Both the position numbers and the translations under genes were made by a program. Positions 63,320-64,000 of a stretch of DNA of 64,000 bases are shown here, one piece after another; the first letter of the stretch is position 1, and the number at the start of each line of letters is the position of its first letter. The notes under the pieces were generated by a model. The model was not told the DNA's origin, did no database searches, and saw nothing but the letters and a program-made list of their open reading frames with translations. The DNA comes from Malacoraja senta (Eukaryota). The stretch lies in assembly GCA_038087875.1 (NCBI GenBank), contig CM075989.1, positions 9,548,001 to 9,612,000 of the forward strand, read 5' to 3'.

Positions 63320-63450
63320 GCTGTAAGTTTATTATATGTGAACCGAGATACAATGAAAAAGCTGGTTTTGCGTGCTATTCAGGCAAATTATATCAGTCAT
63401 CAGTACATCAGGTAGCGCAAAAGAGAAAATAAACAGAGTGCAAAGATGAT
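63320..63450 (-). mobile_element. Rex/Babar-type 3' tail
   Basis: GTTTATTATATGTGAACCGAGATACAATGAAAAAGCT. Confidence 0.55.
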
Positions 63451-64000
63451 TCAACAGATGCCAGCTGGACTCTAGAACATATCTTAATGGTCAATTCTTC
63501 ACACACAAACACACGCTGGTGGGCTAATTGACCATGGGGACAAGGCAGAAGAGCCAACTCCATCTTCATCTTATGTTTACACAACCACATTTAGAGAGAG
63601 GTCAGTGTAAGGCAATTAGAACTAGGAACCCAAGCACCATTTTGTTTCCCTCTTTCTTAGCCTGGGGACACAGGAACCAACTGTCATGCTCTCACTGCTG
63701 CCCCTGTCAAGATCACCACATTATGATCAATCCTGAAAGTTGAGTCTATATGGCACAGTCAACACTGGATGGCGTATATATCCATGTAGACTTGGAGAGG
63801 GAAGTTATCTTTAAAAAAAAAGTGAATTATGTCCTATGAAAACAGAACAGTGAAATAATAGAACTGGATGGGAATGAAATAACTTTGCATTTGCTAGCAC
63901 ATACTTGCAACTAAATCAATAATTCCGGTATTACATTGCATAATTTCTGAAAGAATGGCAAAATACCGCAGCCATCCCAAGAGGTTTAAGGAAAACACAG

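Overview
Eukaryotic, AT-rich and very repeat-dense DNA with two N-gaps. The repeat complement (HE1/V-SINE-like tRNA SINEs with CR1 tails, CR1, Rex1/Babar, Penelope, Tc1) points to a cartilaginous fish, probably a skate or ray (inference). I can support no host exon, so the window is intergenic or lies within a large intron. It holds two Tc1 elements (one full length, 57150-58775), two PIF/Harbinger-type MITEs, a solo LTR with a 4-bp TSD, many LINE and SINE fragments, and about 20 Penelope pLTR-derived repeats carrying minimal hammerhead motifs. The main observation is two short retroposons, 727-892 (-, 166 bp) and 45557-45698 (+, 142 bp). Each has a 12-bp TSD and a (GAA)n tail, and each begins exactly at G1 of a 53-54 nt, P4-less HDV-like ribozyme fold. 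Their stems differ in sequence but keep full pairing, and the L3 loop (UUCACGU) is identical. There are also two locally templated insertions, both landing inside Penelope repeats. Everything was read by eye; family names come from recalled motifs, not database searches.
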